64,000 nucleotides of DNA from Syntrophales bacterium (GTDB lineage Bacteria; Desulfobacterota; Syntrophia; Syntrophales; PHBD01). A program made the translations under genes and the position numbers. This document shows positions 47,618 to 57,815 of the stretch, piece by piece. Each line of letters begins with the position of its first letter. The first letter of the stretch is position 1. The DNA lies in contig OY764159.1 of the NCBI GenBank assembly GCA_963668175.1, forward strand, positions 1,676,077-1,740,076. Direction: 5' to 3'. The notes under the pieces were generated by a model, which had not been told where the DNA came from, ran no database searches, and saw only the letters and a program-made list of their open reading frames with translations.

Positions 47618-47832
47618 ATCCGTGCCGCTGATATATGATGCCCGGGAAAGAGGTGGATTCCCCTTTTTTATTCGGAGAAACGGTTGCTTCGTTTTGCGCG
47701 TGAAACAGGTTCTGCCGGAGGAATCTGCGAAATTTTTCGTAACGGGCAGGTCGATTTTAACGGCATTTATACGGCGAGATGTGGTATACGGCAGCATCCT
47801 CGGATAAAAATGAAGCAAGGGGCGTTCATGCC

Positions 47833-48567
47833 ATGTACCTGATCTTGAAGAAAAATCGTATCTGCTTATATACGGCCGCCTGTCTGGTCTTTTTTCTTTT
47901 CTTTTACCCTGCTCAGGCCGTGACGGCTCAGCCGGAGGCCAAGGAAGCGAAGTCGTCCATTGAGAAAACGCTGACGAACGCGGTGCATGGCGTGTACGCC
48001 AGGCTTCCGGCCGACGTGCAGAAGATGCTCAAGTCGTCCGTCGTGCTTTCCATAGCCGTGAACGGTTACAAGGCGACCAAGGAGACGTATTACCGGAACG
48101 TGCGCGGCCAGCAGGCCCATCCGTCCATGGTGACGGCAAGGGCGGTCATCGGGTTTGCCGGGTGCTTTGCGGCTGCGTTGTTTCTGGGAAAGATATTTTT
48201 CCTCGTCTTTTCGGCCATCCCGTTTGCCGGCCGGTTTCTCGGGCCGCTCTTCGGCCTTGTGGGCGTGGCGAGCGGATGCATCGCGGGAGCCATCGGCGCC
48301 GAATGGCTGTTTGAAATGATCATGCCTCTTCAGGGGGCGGGATCGAAAGTGAGCAATGCCCTCCTCGGCGGTGCCCTGGGTGGCATCATCGGGGCGGTGA
48401 CCGGTCTGCTCATGGAAATGACGTTCGCGTCGAACAAGAAAGGCGGCCTGGCCGGTTTCTTTCGTTCGATGGTCCCCACGCTGATGGACGCCTTTGCCGG
48501 TCTGTTCTACGGCGGCCTGTTGGGGGCGCTTGCCGGTGCGATCGCGTTCTTCTATATTTTCCTGTGA
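47833..48567 (+). CDS. membrane protein with glycine-zipper helices
   Basis: signal/TM N-terminus; GxxxG-rich TM helices (GALGGIIGAVTGLL, GGLLGALAGAIA). Confidence 0.55.
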   Translation: MYLILKKNRICLYTAACLVFFLFFYPAQAVTAQPEAKEAKSSIEKTLTNAVHGVYARLPADVQKMLKSSVVLSIAVNGYKATKETYYRNVRGQQAHPSMVTARAVIGFAGCFAAALFLGKIFFLVFSAIPFAGRFLGPLFGLVGVASGCIAGAIGAEWLFEMIMPLQGAGSKVSNALLGGALGGIIGAVTGLLMEMTFASNKKGGLAGFFRSMVPTLMDAFAGLFYGGLLGALAGAIAFFYIFL

Positions 48568-48690
48568 GCGGAGCTGCGGAATGCTTGGGGGCGGGAACAG
48601 CGCCCCCTTCATGAAAGGTCCGTGGTCCGTTCGCCGTGCCGGAGCGGCCGCAGTCTTCTCGCCGCAAGGGGCTCTCCGGCCGCGTTGCCC

Positions 48691-49179
48691 TTATCTCCCG
48701 CCCCGTTTACCCTTCTTGTGCATCCCTTCGCGGAACGACGGCCGTTCCCCGTCTTCTTCCCCCGTCCGGAATTCGAACAACTGGTCCGGTTTGGACAGAT
48801 AGACCAGGAGGAAAAGGGCCAGGATGCAGCCTGCCTGGATTTGCGCCATGTCCCACATCGACCCGGCTTCGAGGTCGAACGCTTCGGGAAGCGCCCCGCC
48901 GAAGAAACCGACACCCAGGGCCAAGACGGCCCGGACGATGAGGGTTTGAACGGGGGTGGGGTCGGGATTAAAGAGGGACGCGATAAGGAGCGCAATGAGA
49001 CAGTTTATGCCGATAAGCAAGAGGATGGCTGCAGGCGCGGGATACTGCGGCTTCGCGTCCGGGGCGGCATCGTCCCCGCCGGGTGCGGACTCGATCCGGT
49101 CTGCCGTGACGGCTTGCGGCTGCGGTGCGGCGTCCACGGCCCATGCCGGCGACGCGGAAATGGTAAGGAGAACAAGCAT
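48691..49179 (-). CDS. small membrane protein, hypothetical
   Basis: signal-like N-terminus plus two TM helices; GGAGGG RBS. Confidence 0.45.
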   Translation of the reverse strand: MLVLLTISASPAWAVDAAPQPQAVTADRIESAPGGDDAAPDAKPQYPAPAAILLLIGINCLIALLIASLFNPDPTPVQTLIVRAVLALGVGFFGGALPEAFDLEAGSMWDMAQIQAGCILALFLLVYLSKPDQLFEFRTGEEDGERPSFREGMHKKGKRGGR

Positions 49180-49645
49180 GGAGCATATCCATGCCCTCCA
49201 GCGGCACGGCGGCCGTACATCTATGAAATGGTCCTGCAACAACGTACTTCTCGATTTATATCAGCCGCCAACGACGGCCTTATCAAATGTATGCGGTCCC
49301 CTGATTGATATTCTTTCAGGATACCCGTCTTCGGCGGAGTCCCTGCTCTCGATCGACGTGCAACCGATAGCCGGAGGAGGAGTAAACCGGGATGAAAAAC
49401 AGGGAGATGCTTTCAGCGGGATATGTTTACCCGGTGCTTCGGAAGCGGCGACTCGCGGCCATAATGATGTTGGAAGTATTATGTAAGACTTTTCGGGATA
49501 AGTCAAGTGAATTGTATGGAAGATTGTATGCAGTCAAGGGGGCTCAAAACGGCCTGGCGGTACGGATCGGGGGAGGGCGTATCCCGTCCGCCGGGGCGAA
49601 GTTCCGCGCCGGCCTTTCCTTTCATGATACGGCTGCTGTTCCGGA

Positions 49646-51226
49646 TTAACGGCTGGATCTGGTCCCGGCAAGTTTCGCCACGACCTTGTCCTGCAGGACG
49701 ACGATTTCCCTGATTTTCATGAGACGGCCCGCCGCGAGGAAAATGACGACGAACAGGGCACCGTTGATGGCTGCGCTTGCGAGGCTGCCGGTAAACGTCC
49801 CGATATTGAGGACCGGCAGGAGATAGTGCCTGCATGCTTCCAAAAAGAGGCCGATGGCGATGCTGAGCAGGGTCATCCTGCCGATGAAGAGGTAAACGTC
49901 CGTGCTGCCCGGGTTTTCCGTCCTCCGGTTCCAGAGGGCATACAGGATCGCGATCTGCAGGGCGACTGAGGCGGTTACGGCGAAGGCGATGCCGGAAAGC
50001 CCGAAGGCCTGCATGCCGTAATAATAAACCGGTATGCTCAGGACGACGGCAGCGGTGCTGAAGATCGCCGGGAAGAGCGTGTCCTCCATGGCGAAGAATC
50101 CCCGGACGACGACGTTCTGGGCGGCGAAGAAGAACGCCCCGGCGAGCAGAAAGGCCATGACCTGCGCCGTCCACGCCGTGGCGACGGCGTCGAACCGGCC
50201 CCGCTGGAAAAGAATGACGACGATCTCGTGCCGGACGACGATGAGAAGCGCCGAAATCGGGATCACCAGGGCGAGGTAGCGGAGCGTGCCGTTCAGAAGG
50301 TTGTTCATCTCCGCGAATTTCGCCTCCTTGGCAAGCCTCGCCAGGTAGGGATAGGACGCCGTGCCCACGCCCTGCCCGAAGAGCGCCACCAGCATCAGCG
50401 TGACCCGCAGTCCGTAGTTGAGGCTGGCGATGCTTCCCGAAGGCAAATAGGAGCCGAATATCCGGAAAAAAATCTCCGTCGAGAAGGTCATCGTGAGGCC
50501 CAGCATCAGCGGCAGCGTGAGCTTGACGTAGTGCGCGAGCTTCGGATTGCGGATGTCGAAGACGAAGCGGTACCGCATGCCCGCCTGCTTCGCGCCCTTG
50601 TACTGGAGGAGGAACTGGCCGATGAAGGCGCCGGCGAGGACGCCCCAGGAGAAGCCCTCGATGCCGAGCCAGGGGTGGAGCAGGAGACCCCCGGCGATGA
50701 TGCTCAGGTTGTAGATGACGGGGGCCGCCGCGGGGACGGCGAACCGTTCCTTCGTGTACTGGACGGCCATGAAAAGGGCGCCGGTAAAGAAGAAGAACTG
50801 GGCGGGGATGATGATCCTCGTCATCCGCACCGCCTTGGCGATGACGGCCGGGTCGTGCGTGCCTGGGACGATGAGGGCGATGAAATCCCCGGCAAAAACG
50901 AAAGAGACGGCGATGAAGAAAAGGACGACGGCCCCGAAGGTGTTATAGACGAGCGAGAATATCCGCCAGCCCTCGTCTTCCTCCTTGTTGACGAGATACG
51001 CGGTGAAGATAGGGATGAACGTCACGGACAGGAATCCCGCCGCTCCGATATGGTTGAGGATCTCCGGGATGACGAAGGCGATCTGGTAGGCGTCCACATC
51101 GCCCGTCGCGCCGCCGATGTAGGCCAGGGCCATCTCCCTGAGCAGGCCGGTGATGCGGCTCAGAAAAATGGACGCGGTCGTGATGAGCGTCGCTATGCCG
51201 ACCTTCCTGAAAAGCGATTTGGACAC
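49646..51226 (-). CDS. murJ: lipid II flippase MurJ (MOP superfamily)
   Basis: N-terminal FLSRITGLLREMALAYIGGATGDVDAYQIAFVIPE matches MurJ signature; 14 TM helices; GTG start after AAGGGAG. Confidence 0.85.
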   Translation of the reverse strand: MSKSLFRKVGIATLITTASIFLSRITGLLREMALAYIGGATGDVDAYQIAFVIPEILNHIGAAGFLSVTFIPIFTAYLVNKEEDEGWRIFSLVYNTFGAVVLFFIAVSFVFAGDFIALIVPGTHDPAVIAKAVRMTRIIIPAQFFFFTGALFMAVQYTKERFAVPAAAPVIYNLSIIAGGLLLHPWLGIEGFSWGVLAGAFIGQFLLQYKGAKQAGMRYRFVFDIRNPKLAHYVKLTLPLMLGLTMTFSTEIFFRIFGSYLPSGSIASLNYGLRVTLMLVALFGQGVGTASYPYLARLAKEAKFAEMNNLLNGTLRYLALVIPISALLIVVRHEIVVILFQRGRFDAVATAWTAQVMAFLLAGAFFFAAQNVVVRGFFAMEDTLFPAIFSTAAVVLSIPVYYYGMQAFGLSGIAFAVTASVALQIAILYALWNRRTENPGSTDVYLFIGRMTLLSIAIGLFLEACRHYLLPVLNIGTFTGSLASAAINGALFVVIFLAAGRLMKIREIVVLQDKVVAKLAGTRSSR

Positions 51227-51556
51227 GCAGTCTCCCTTGCGATGTGAAAATGGCATGCTGTGGATGTCTTTTAGTGATTTTTTCAGGATTTGTCAAAGGT
51301 TGCCTGTGACGGCCCCGGCGACGGGCGGGCCTTCATCCGGGTATACGGGCGATGGCCCCGCCCGGCGCGGAAAGCGGAATAACCGGTTTGACAAGACGGG
51401 AACGACTGGAATACAATATGACCATCCATCAATTGAAATCATCCTTCCGCTTAAGTTTTTTTTTGACGATGCTTTGAAGTTTCAGCAAAATAGGGCGGTA
51501 TTCGCTCTGAACGGCTGTTCGAAACAGAACATGGATGCCATGGGGGTGGGACGGAA

Positions 51557-52741
51557 ATGGACTGTCGGCGTTTGCGGAACAAGTATGCGATTGTCGGCGT
51601 GGGATACACGCCGCAGGGCAAGGTGCCCGGAAGGACGGCGCTCAGCTTCCATGTGGAGGCCTGCGCGAACGCCATCCGGGATGCGGGCCTGAGTAAGGAA
51701 GACATCGACGGGCTTTTTCTGTACCGTCATTTCCGGCCCATGGGGAACGATTATGACGTTACGGCCTTCCTGGTTGCGGAACAGCTCGGCATCCGCCCGT
51801 TTGCGCTCAACCAGGAGCATGTCTGTCATCGCAGCTGGCTGACGCACGCCATAGGGCTCCTTGAGGCGGGATTCTGCCGCTACGTGCTGGTGTCGTACGG
51901 GGACAATGCGCGGTCCGTGAAACGGCCGTTCATGGAAGAGCTGGACGCCGCCGGAAATCCCGCGAGCGAACTGGCCGCCTTCGGCGACTTCAGCCAACTG
52001 GCGAAATACGCCATGGTCGCGCGAAGGGCCATGCACGAGGACGGCACCGGGCCGCACGTCTGGAAGGAGATCGCCATCGGCCAGCGCAAATGGGCCAATC
52101 TGAACCCGATCGCCGGCATGCACGATAAGCCCCTGACGGACGACGGCTACTGGAACGACCCGTTCGTGGCGGAGCCTTTCCGCATGCTGGATGCCGTTCC
52201 CGTCTCCGACTGCGGCCGGGCGGTCGTGATCACCTCCGCGGAGCGGGCCAGGGACCTGAAAAATCCCCCGGTGCTCATCAGGGGCGTCGGCGAGTCGAAT
52301 GCGTCCCTGTCGCCCTTCCGCCTCAAGAACACGGACGACAGGAGCGCCGCGGCGATTGCCGGCGCGCAGGCCTTCTCTATGGCCGATTGCGGGCCGGGCG
52401 ACGTGGACGCGTGCGAACTGTACGACTGCTTCACGTTCACTGTGGAGCATACCCTGCGGGACTGCGGCTTTTTCAGGCACGGCGAAAGTGCGGACTGGCT
52501 CCGGCGGGAACGCATCGGGCCGGGAGGAAGCCTTCCGGTCAATACCTCAGGCGGCATGCTGTCGGAGGCCTACTGCATGGGCCTGACGCCGGTAAGCGAG
52601 GGCGCCATGCAGCTCATGGGGCGCTGCGGCGGGCGCCAGCTCGGCGTGCTTCCGGGAACGAAAAAGCCCAGCCTTATTCTTTGCACCGACAACGGCGGCG
52701 TGCTGCAGAGCAACTGCACCATGATCCTGGAAAGGAGTTGA
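51557..52741 (+). CDS. SCP-x-type thiolase family protein (BbsB/DitF-like)
   Basis: 394 aa thiolase-like fold without canonical N-terminal Cys motif; followed by a DUF35 partner. Confidence 0.8.
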   Translation: MDCRRLRNKYAIVGVGYTPQGKVPGRTALSFHVEACANAIRDAGLSKEDIDGLFLYRHFRPMGNDYDVTAFLVAEQLGIRPFALNQEHVCHRSWLTHAIGLLEAGFCRYVLVSYGDNARSVKRPFMEELDAAGNPASELAAFGDFSQLAKYAMVARRAMHEDGTGPHVWKEIAIGQRKWANLNPIAGMHDKPLTDDGYWNDPFVAEPFRMLDAVPVSDCGRAVVITSAERARDLKNPPVLIRGVGESNASLSPFRLKNTDDRSAAAIAGAQAFSMADCGPGDVDACELYDCFTFTVEHTLRDCGFFRHGESADWLRRERIGPGGSLPVNTSGGMLSEAYCMGLTPVSEGAMQLMGRCGGRQLGVLPGTKKPSLILCTDNGGVLQSNCTMILERS

Positions 52742-52745
52742 CGCG

Positions 52746-53177
52746 ATGGACCCCGGGACCTGCTTCCCCCTTATGCCGAAAATCAGCGACGACACGGCCC
52801 CCTTCTGGCGGGGATGCAGGGAGCGCCGCCTCCTGTTTCAGCGCTGTTCCGAATGCGGCCACATGCGTTATCCCGTGTCCGTCATTTGTCCCGAGTGCCA
52901 CTCGGCCGCCTTTGAGTGGGTCGAAGCGAAAGGGGAGGGGCGCATCTATTCGTTCGTCGTCTTCCGTCGCGCCTTCCACCCGGCCATGGCCGGCCGGATT
53001 CCCTATGTCGTGGCCGTCGTCGATCTCGACGAAGGGCCCTCGTTCCTGACGAACATTGTCGGAACCGATCCCGCGCTCATCCGCTGCGACCAGCGGGTCC
53101 GGCTGACATGGGAAAACATGGAAGACGGGCTTGCCCTGCCGGTTTTCACAATCGCGGAAACCGGTGAAGCTGCGTGA
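52746..53177 (+). CDS. Zn-ribbon OB-fold protein (DUF35), partner of SCP-x thiolase
   Basis: CSECGHMRYP...CPEC zinc ribbon followed by OB fold. Confidence 0.8.
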   Translation: MDPGTCFPLMPKISDDTAPFWRGCRERRLLFQRCSECGHMRYPVSVICPECHSAAFEWVEAKGEGRIYSFVVFRRAFHPAMAGRIPYVVAVVDLDEGPSFLTNIVGTDPALIRCDQRVRLTWENMEDGLALPVFTIAETGEAA

Positions 53178-53231
53178 CGGCGCCGGGAAAACGGAGGCGG
53201 ATTGATCGGGCTTTCGGCCCGCATGCGGCTG

Positions 53232-53939
53232 TCAGCCGTTGGCATCCCTGAGGAAGGAAAGCACCTGCGCCATCAAGCCGTTGATCGCTTGATATCTTTC
53301 CGGGCTCGCGCCCAGGATATCCGCTTCTGTCTGGATAGAGTCCGCCTGAACAAGTTCGCTGCGGCAATTCCTTACAAGTTCCCGGGCCGAATCCGGCGTG
53401 GTTTCCAGGTGAAACTGCAAGCCGATGACGGACCTGCCGTACTGGAACGCCTGGTTCCGGCAAACTTCGCTTTGTGCGAGATGGACGGCGCCTTGAGGCA
53501 GGTCGAAGGTCTCGCCGTGCCAGTGGAACACCTCGGCCGACACAGGGAAGCTGAAAATCGCTTTGCCCGTGGCCGGGATGCCCCGGATGGGAAACCAGCC
53601 GATTTCCTTCACCGCGTTTCTATAAACCCTTGTACCCAAACAATTTGCGATGAGCTGCGCGCCCAGGCAGACACCCAGGACGGGTTTCCCCGATTCGATG
53701 ACGTTGCGGACGAACTGCTTCTCCCGGGCGAGCCAGGGGTATTCGTCCTCGTCGTTGACGCTCATGGGGCCGCCCATGATGACGAGGAAATCGATTTCGT
53801 CAGGGGAGGGCGGCTCCTCCGCTGCGAACAGCCGCGTCCGGGAAATCCGGTATCCGGCGGCTTCGAGCCAGGGCCCGATACTGCCGAGGCCTTCGAACGG
53901 GACGTGCTGCAGGCAGTGCGCTTTCATCATGTGTATCAT
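53232..53939 (-). CDS. class I glutamine amidotransferase-like protein
   Basis: GVCLGAQ nucleophile elbow; His further C-terminal. Confidence 0.75.
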   Translation of the reverse strand: MIHMMKAHCLQHVPFEGLGSIGPWLEAAGYRISRTRLFAAEEPPSPDEIDFLVIMGGPMSVNDEDEYPWLAREKQFVRNVIESGKPVLGVCLGAQLIANCLGTRVYRNAVKEIGWFPIRGIPATGKAIFSFPVSAEVFHWHGETFDLPQGAVHLAQSEVCRNQAFQYGRSVIGLQFHLETTPDSARELVRNCRSELVQADSIQTEADILGASPERYQAINGLMAQVLSFLRDANG

Positions 53940-53953
53940 CCCTGGAACATGCG

Positions 53954-55066
53954 CTATCGGGCCCGCTGCAGCTGTTCCCAGTGCAGGTTGGAGCCGATGT
54001 TCGGGTTGTCGCTCGCTCTTTCGGTGAAATAGTATTCGCCCAGGCCGTTCGACCAGGCATGGCCGCCGGTCGGCAGTTCCACCTCTCTCCCGGCACGCTC
54101 GTCGTAATACCGGTCCACGCCGCGGATCGTGTCGCTCTGCATCCGGCCGATCCGGTCGTAGGTCTTCTGCTTGGCCTCCCAACTGCGCTGCTGGTCCTCT
54201 CGCAACTTGCTCCCGGCCTTGGATATCATGTCCCCGATGCGCCCGATCCTGACCGTCTTTTCAATCTCCTGCTTGGACAACATCTCCTTGACGTTCGCGA
54301 CCTTGGCGAACCAGGCCGGATTGAGCTTCACGGAATAGATTATCGTCTGGAAGCGCCCGGCGTTGGCGTCGAGCTTCCCCTTTTCCGCCCGGAAGGAAAA
54401 GACGTGGTCGATGTACCAGAAATTGATGAAGTCGGTCCGGGAGGTGTTGACGACGAACTGGCTGACCGCCGCGTAAATCTCCTCCTCCATAGCTCTGCCG
54501 TTCTGCCGGTATTCGATCCTCACCTTGCCCGCCTTGGCCAAGGCCTGGACGCCGCGCGCGGGCTCGCCTCTGGCGAGGGTTTCCAACTGCGGGACGTCCT
54601 TTTCGGATATCGTCCTTACGTCCTGGATGTTCTTCCGCGCGGAGGGGATCACGACGCTGTTGAAGGCCGTTCGCAGGCCGACCGGCTGGGCGACGACGGA
54701 GCCGTACATCAGGGAGCCGGGCGGCTTCAGGGAAAGGGTCTGCCGGTTGCTCGTCCAGAAATAGGTGTGCGTCGGAAAGAAGTTGAGTTCCTCCGAGCCG
54801 TTCGGGTTATAGAAGCGGAAACGGACCTGGATGGGGAGGGCGGGCGTCATCGACCACCGGACGGAACCCTCGACCCGCCAGTCCCTCGGGATCAGCAGGC
54901 GGAAGACCTCCAGCCCACACGCGGGATCGGTGTATTTGTACGTCACGAACGACTGTGCGCCGCCGCTGGGCGTCGCTGCGGATGCGGCCTGCGGCGCGCC
55001 GGCAGAGAGCAGACAGACCGCCGTGAGAATGACGAAGACGTGAAAAGACGAAATGGTTCTGCGCAT
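53954..55066 (-). CDS. secreted hypothetical protein
   Basis: signal peptide MRRTISSFHVFVILTAVCLL; GGGAGG RBS; no family recognised. Confidence 0.55.
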   Translation of the reverse strand: MRRTISSFHVFVILTAVCLLSAGAPQAASAATPSGGAQSFVTYKYTDPACGLEVFRLLIPRDWRVEGSVRWSMTPALPIQVRFRFYNPNGSEELNFFPTHTYFWTSNRQTLSLKPPGSLMYGSVVAQPVGLRTAFNSVVIPSARKNIQDVRTISEKDVPQLETLARGEPARGVQALAKAGKVRIEYRQNGRAMEEEIYAAVSQFVVNTSRTDFINFWYIDHVFSFRAEKGKLDANAGRFQTIIYSVKLNPAWFAKVANVKEMLSKQEIEKTVRIGRIGDMISKAGSKLREDQQRSWEAKQKTYDRIGRMQSDTIRGVDRYYDERAGREVELPTGGHAWSNGLGEYYFTERASDNPNIGSNLHWEQLQRAR

Positions 55067-55236
55067 GAGCGACCTCCCGGAATATGCCTTCACGCCGCCG
55101 GTATGCATGGCGCACGCGTAACTGCGGCGGAATTTGTACCACAAGTTCCGCCGGAGGTCACCTCTGTTTTGAGGATTTCCGGTTTTGCCGCCGTGAGAAG
55201 CGGAGGAGAAAGCGGCGGGCAGCGGTTTCGGTCGGT

Positions 55237-55575
55237 CTACTTATTCTTCTTCGAATCGGGCGGCAGGAACATGGAAAACGGCTTCAGGAGCGCCTTCAAC
55301 TGATCGGCGATGAGGTTCTGCATCCCGCCTACCATGTTGGAATAGACGTTGCCCGGCAGGGTCCCCTCGAACTCCTCCGACTCAAATTTGCCGTTCTCGA
55401 AGCTCTTCTTTTTCGCCCTCACGCGGGTGTTGACGCCGTCGGAGGAAATTTCCTTATACGAATACCGGAAGCTGACGAAGGGAAACGGATTCGGCGTATC
55501 GTCGACGATCTCAACGTCACGGCCGTTCCTTCCGGCAACCTCGCCCTTGTCTTTTTTCACAATATCTTTGCTCAT
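55237..55575 (-). CDS. small acidic hypothetical protein
   Basis: 112 aa ORF; weak RBS. Confidence 0.4.
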   Translation of the reverse strand: MSKDIVKKDKGEVAGRNGRDVEIVDDTPNPFPFVSFRYSYKEISSDGVNTRVRAKKKSFENGKFESEEFEGTLPGNVYSNMVGGMQNLIADQLKALLKPFSMFLPPDSKKNK

Positions 55576-55897
55576 AATTCCCTGCTCCACAGATAGGAAA
55601 ATCGTGCGGACAATCTAGAACGGAAGAGAGACTTTTGCAACGGTTTTTGAAGGAGGGCAGGCGGGATCGTTGGGATGTCGTTGCTGAGGAATAGTTCGGA
55701 AAAAATATAACGAACATAAGAAGCGAAAATTCGCATGCCATTCCATTCCCAATGCGATACAGAAATCAGTATCCCCTTTTCTGGCAAGGAAATGATATCC
55801 TTGGATTCATGCGATTGCTCCACAGAAAATCAACCGGCTTTGACAGGTGATTCTAAAGATGCATGATGGCGACGACATGAGGATGATCTGAGGACAG

Positions 55898-56041
55898 TTA
55901 TTGTTTTGGTATGTCACTGAAAAAGAACACATAGATAATCATCGAAATTCCGATCAGTAAGACGATATTTTTTGGATTTCTTAATAAACGGATTATAAAT
56001 TTGTAGAAATCATAAATCTCTTTTCCGACTGAATTCGACAT
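55898..56041 (-). CDS. possible small TM protein in an AT-rich patch
   Basis: 47 aa, one hydrophobic helix; local GC about 30%. Confidence 0.25.
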   Translation of the reverse strand: MSNSVGKEIYDFYKFIIRLLRNPKNIVLLIGISMIIYVFFFSDIPKQ

Positions 56042-56427
56042 ATTCGCCTCTCTTCGAATTATAGTATAGAATATGTACAATCATTTATTTATTATATGTA
56101 TTGTAGATTATAATATCAAGAAAAATATGATAAAAAAGGAGCGCCTCCATCATCCTCTTTCCTGTAATCCGTTCGCCGGTTCTCGATTACCGGTCGGTTT
56201 CAGACCATTTATGATTTTCTTGCCGAATATTCATCGATCATGTGACCGTTCAAGGCGCGTAGCTAATGCATAACCGGCAGCTGATGCGTTTGATACCCAT
56301 CCGCTTTTTCCTCCGTGTAATGCCTCGTTTTTTCACGCAAAACGCGGTCACCGCTCCCCTATTTTTTCATATGAAAGACGTTCCTCCCTTCATCGGTTGC
56401 CGGGAAAGCGGAGTTACGCCCCATCGG

Positions 56428-56456
56428 TTGACTTTTCCCCGCATGGTTGCTATATT
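56428..56456 (+). promoter_or_regulatory. sigma-70-like promoter TTGACT-17-TATATT
   Basis: near-consensus hexamers with 17-nt spacer; no annotated gene for about 450 nt downstream except the repeat element. Confidence 0.35.
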
Positions 56457-56639
56457 CCTGAAACGGATACCTTTATCGGCCGGTTGTGTCGCGCCCGCAG
56501 GGATGGCGAAAAAATCTTTTGTGCGTCGAGGCAGTGTGGCGGTATCCTTGAGAGGCGAGATCGTTGCGGAAAGACGGACGATAAACCAGCAGCGGTAAGC
56601 CCCGCGTAGTTTCGGCCTTTCCATACGGCAGTTCATTCG

Positions 56640-56812
56640 GGCCATGAACCTTAACTGCTTGTTGAAAAACTCGATTTTGAACAAGCTGTTCAAAAATGTC
56701 CAGATGTAAGGCGCGCAAAAGCTGAGGAAAGAGGCATACATAGAAGTATGTCGATTGACGAGGCTTGCAGCGCAACGCAACAGATGGGCGTTTTTCAACA
56801 GCCTGTTAAACG
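56640..56812. repeat. MITE-like intergenic repeat element, copy B (inverted relative to copy A, terminal inverted repeats CTGTTGAAAAAC / GTTTTTCAACAAG)
   Basis: shares GTTGAAAAACGCCCATCTG...GCGTTGCG and GCGCGCCTT.CAT.TGGACATTTTTGAACAGC.TGTTCA.AATC blocks with 8401-8530 in reverse complement. Confidence 0.6.
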
Positions 56813-56932
56813 TCGGCGGCAGGGGAATTTCCCCGCACCCCGCCGGGAGAACCATCGGGGGTCGGCCGCCGGGTTGACCCTTTTTTTGTAAGTTTTGACG
56901 GCAGCAGAAGAGAAGACGGAGAAGATTTCAAC

Positions 56933-57805
56933 ATGAAGTACGAAGGCATGATCATCAGGCCCCCCAGCGAGGCAGACAGCCTGCTTATACAGGTCACCGT
57001 GGGGTGCTCCAACAACAAGTGCACCTTTTGTCCAACCTACAAGGAGAAAAAATTCCGCATCAAGGACGACGAGGAGATCGCCGAGGACATCCGGGAGGCA
57101 AGCCGCTACGGCCGCATCCCGCGGGTCTTCCTCTGCGACGGCGACGCCCTCATCATCCCCCAGAAGAGGCTCGTCGGCATCCTGGGCGCCATCGGCGCGA
57201 AGATCAAGGGCGTCGAGCGCATCGGCACCTACGCCAACGCCAAGAGCATCCTGAAGAAAACGCCGGAAGAACTGGTCCGCCTGCGGGAGCTGGGACTCGG
57301 GATTGTCTACATGGGCGTCGAGACGGGGAATGAAGAGTTGCTTACCGCCATCAACAAGAAGACTGATTTCGGCAAGCTCGTCGAGGCGGGACGGCGTGTG
57401 AAGGAGGCGGGCATCACGCTTTCGGTCACGGTCCTGCTCGGCATCGGCGGCATCGAGAAGTCCGTCCAGCATGCCCTCGACACGGCGAAGGTCCTCACGG
57501 CAATCGACCCGGACTACGTCGGGGCGCTCACCGTCATGGTGGTGCCCGGCACGCCGCTCCACGACGAAATGCTCGCCGGGCGCTTCGTCCTGCCCGACAC
57601 CTTCGGGTTCCTCAAGGAGTTGGAGCTGATGATCGCCCATTCCGATTTCACGCACTGCTTCTTCACGGCCAACCACGCCTCCAATTATCTGCCGATCAGG
57701 GCGTGGATGCCGGAAGAGAAGGAAGAGACGCTGCGCCGCATACGCGAAGTCATTGCCAACCGCGACAAATCGAGGCTCAGGCCGGAATTCATGCGGGGGC
57801 TGTAA
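56933..57805 (+). CDS. radical SAM protein
   Basis: Cys cluster CSNNKCTFC near the N-terminus, glycine-rich SAM motif GDALI. Confidence 0.8.
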   Translation: MKYEGMIIRPPSEADSLLIQVTVGCSNNKCTFCPTYKEKKFRIKDDEEIAEDIREASRYGRIPRVFLCDGDALIIPQKRLVGILGAIGAKIKGVERIGTYANAKSILKKTPEELVRLRELGLGIVYMGVETGNEELLTAINKKTDFGKLVEAGRRVKEAGITLSVTVLLGIGGIEKSVQHALDTAKVLTAIDPDYVGALTVMVVPGTPLHDEMLAGRFVLPDTFGFLKELELMIAHSDFTHCFFTANHASNYLPIRAWMPEEKEETLRRIREVIANRDKSRLRPEFMRGL

Positions 57806-57815
57806 CGGGGGGATC

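Noticed and set aside
49392-49649. 85-aa ORF with strong GGAGGAGG RBS downstream of MurJ
   Set aside because: Lies in the 3-prime UTR/intergenic region, overlaps the MurJ stop, translation has no features; possible but unsupported.
51495-51530. CTGAACGGCTGTTCGAAACAGAAC upstream of the thiolase, reminiscent of the TGAACAnnnTGTTCA palindrome in the MITE-like repeat
   Set aside because: Half-site spacing differs by one base and the half-sites are imperfect; the similarity may be coincidental.
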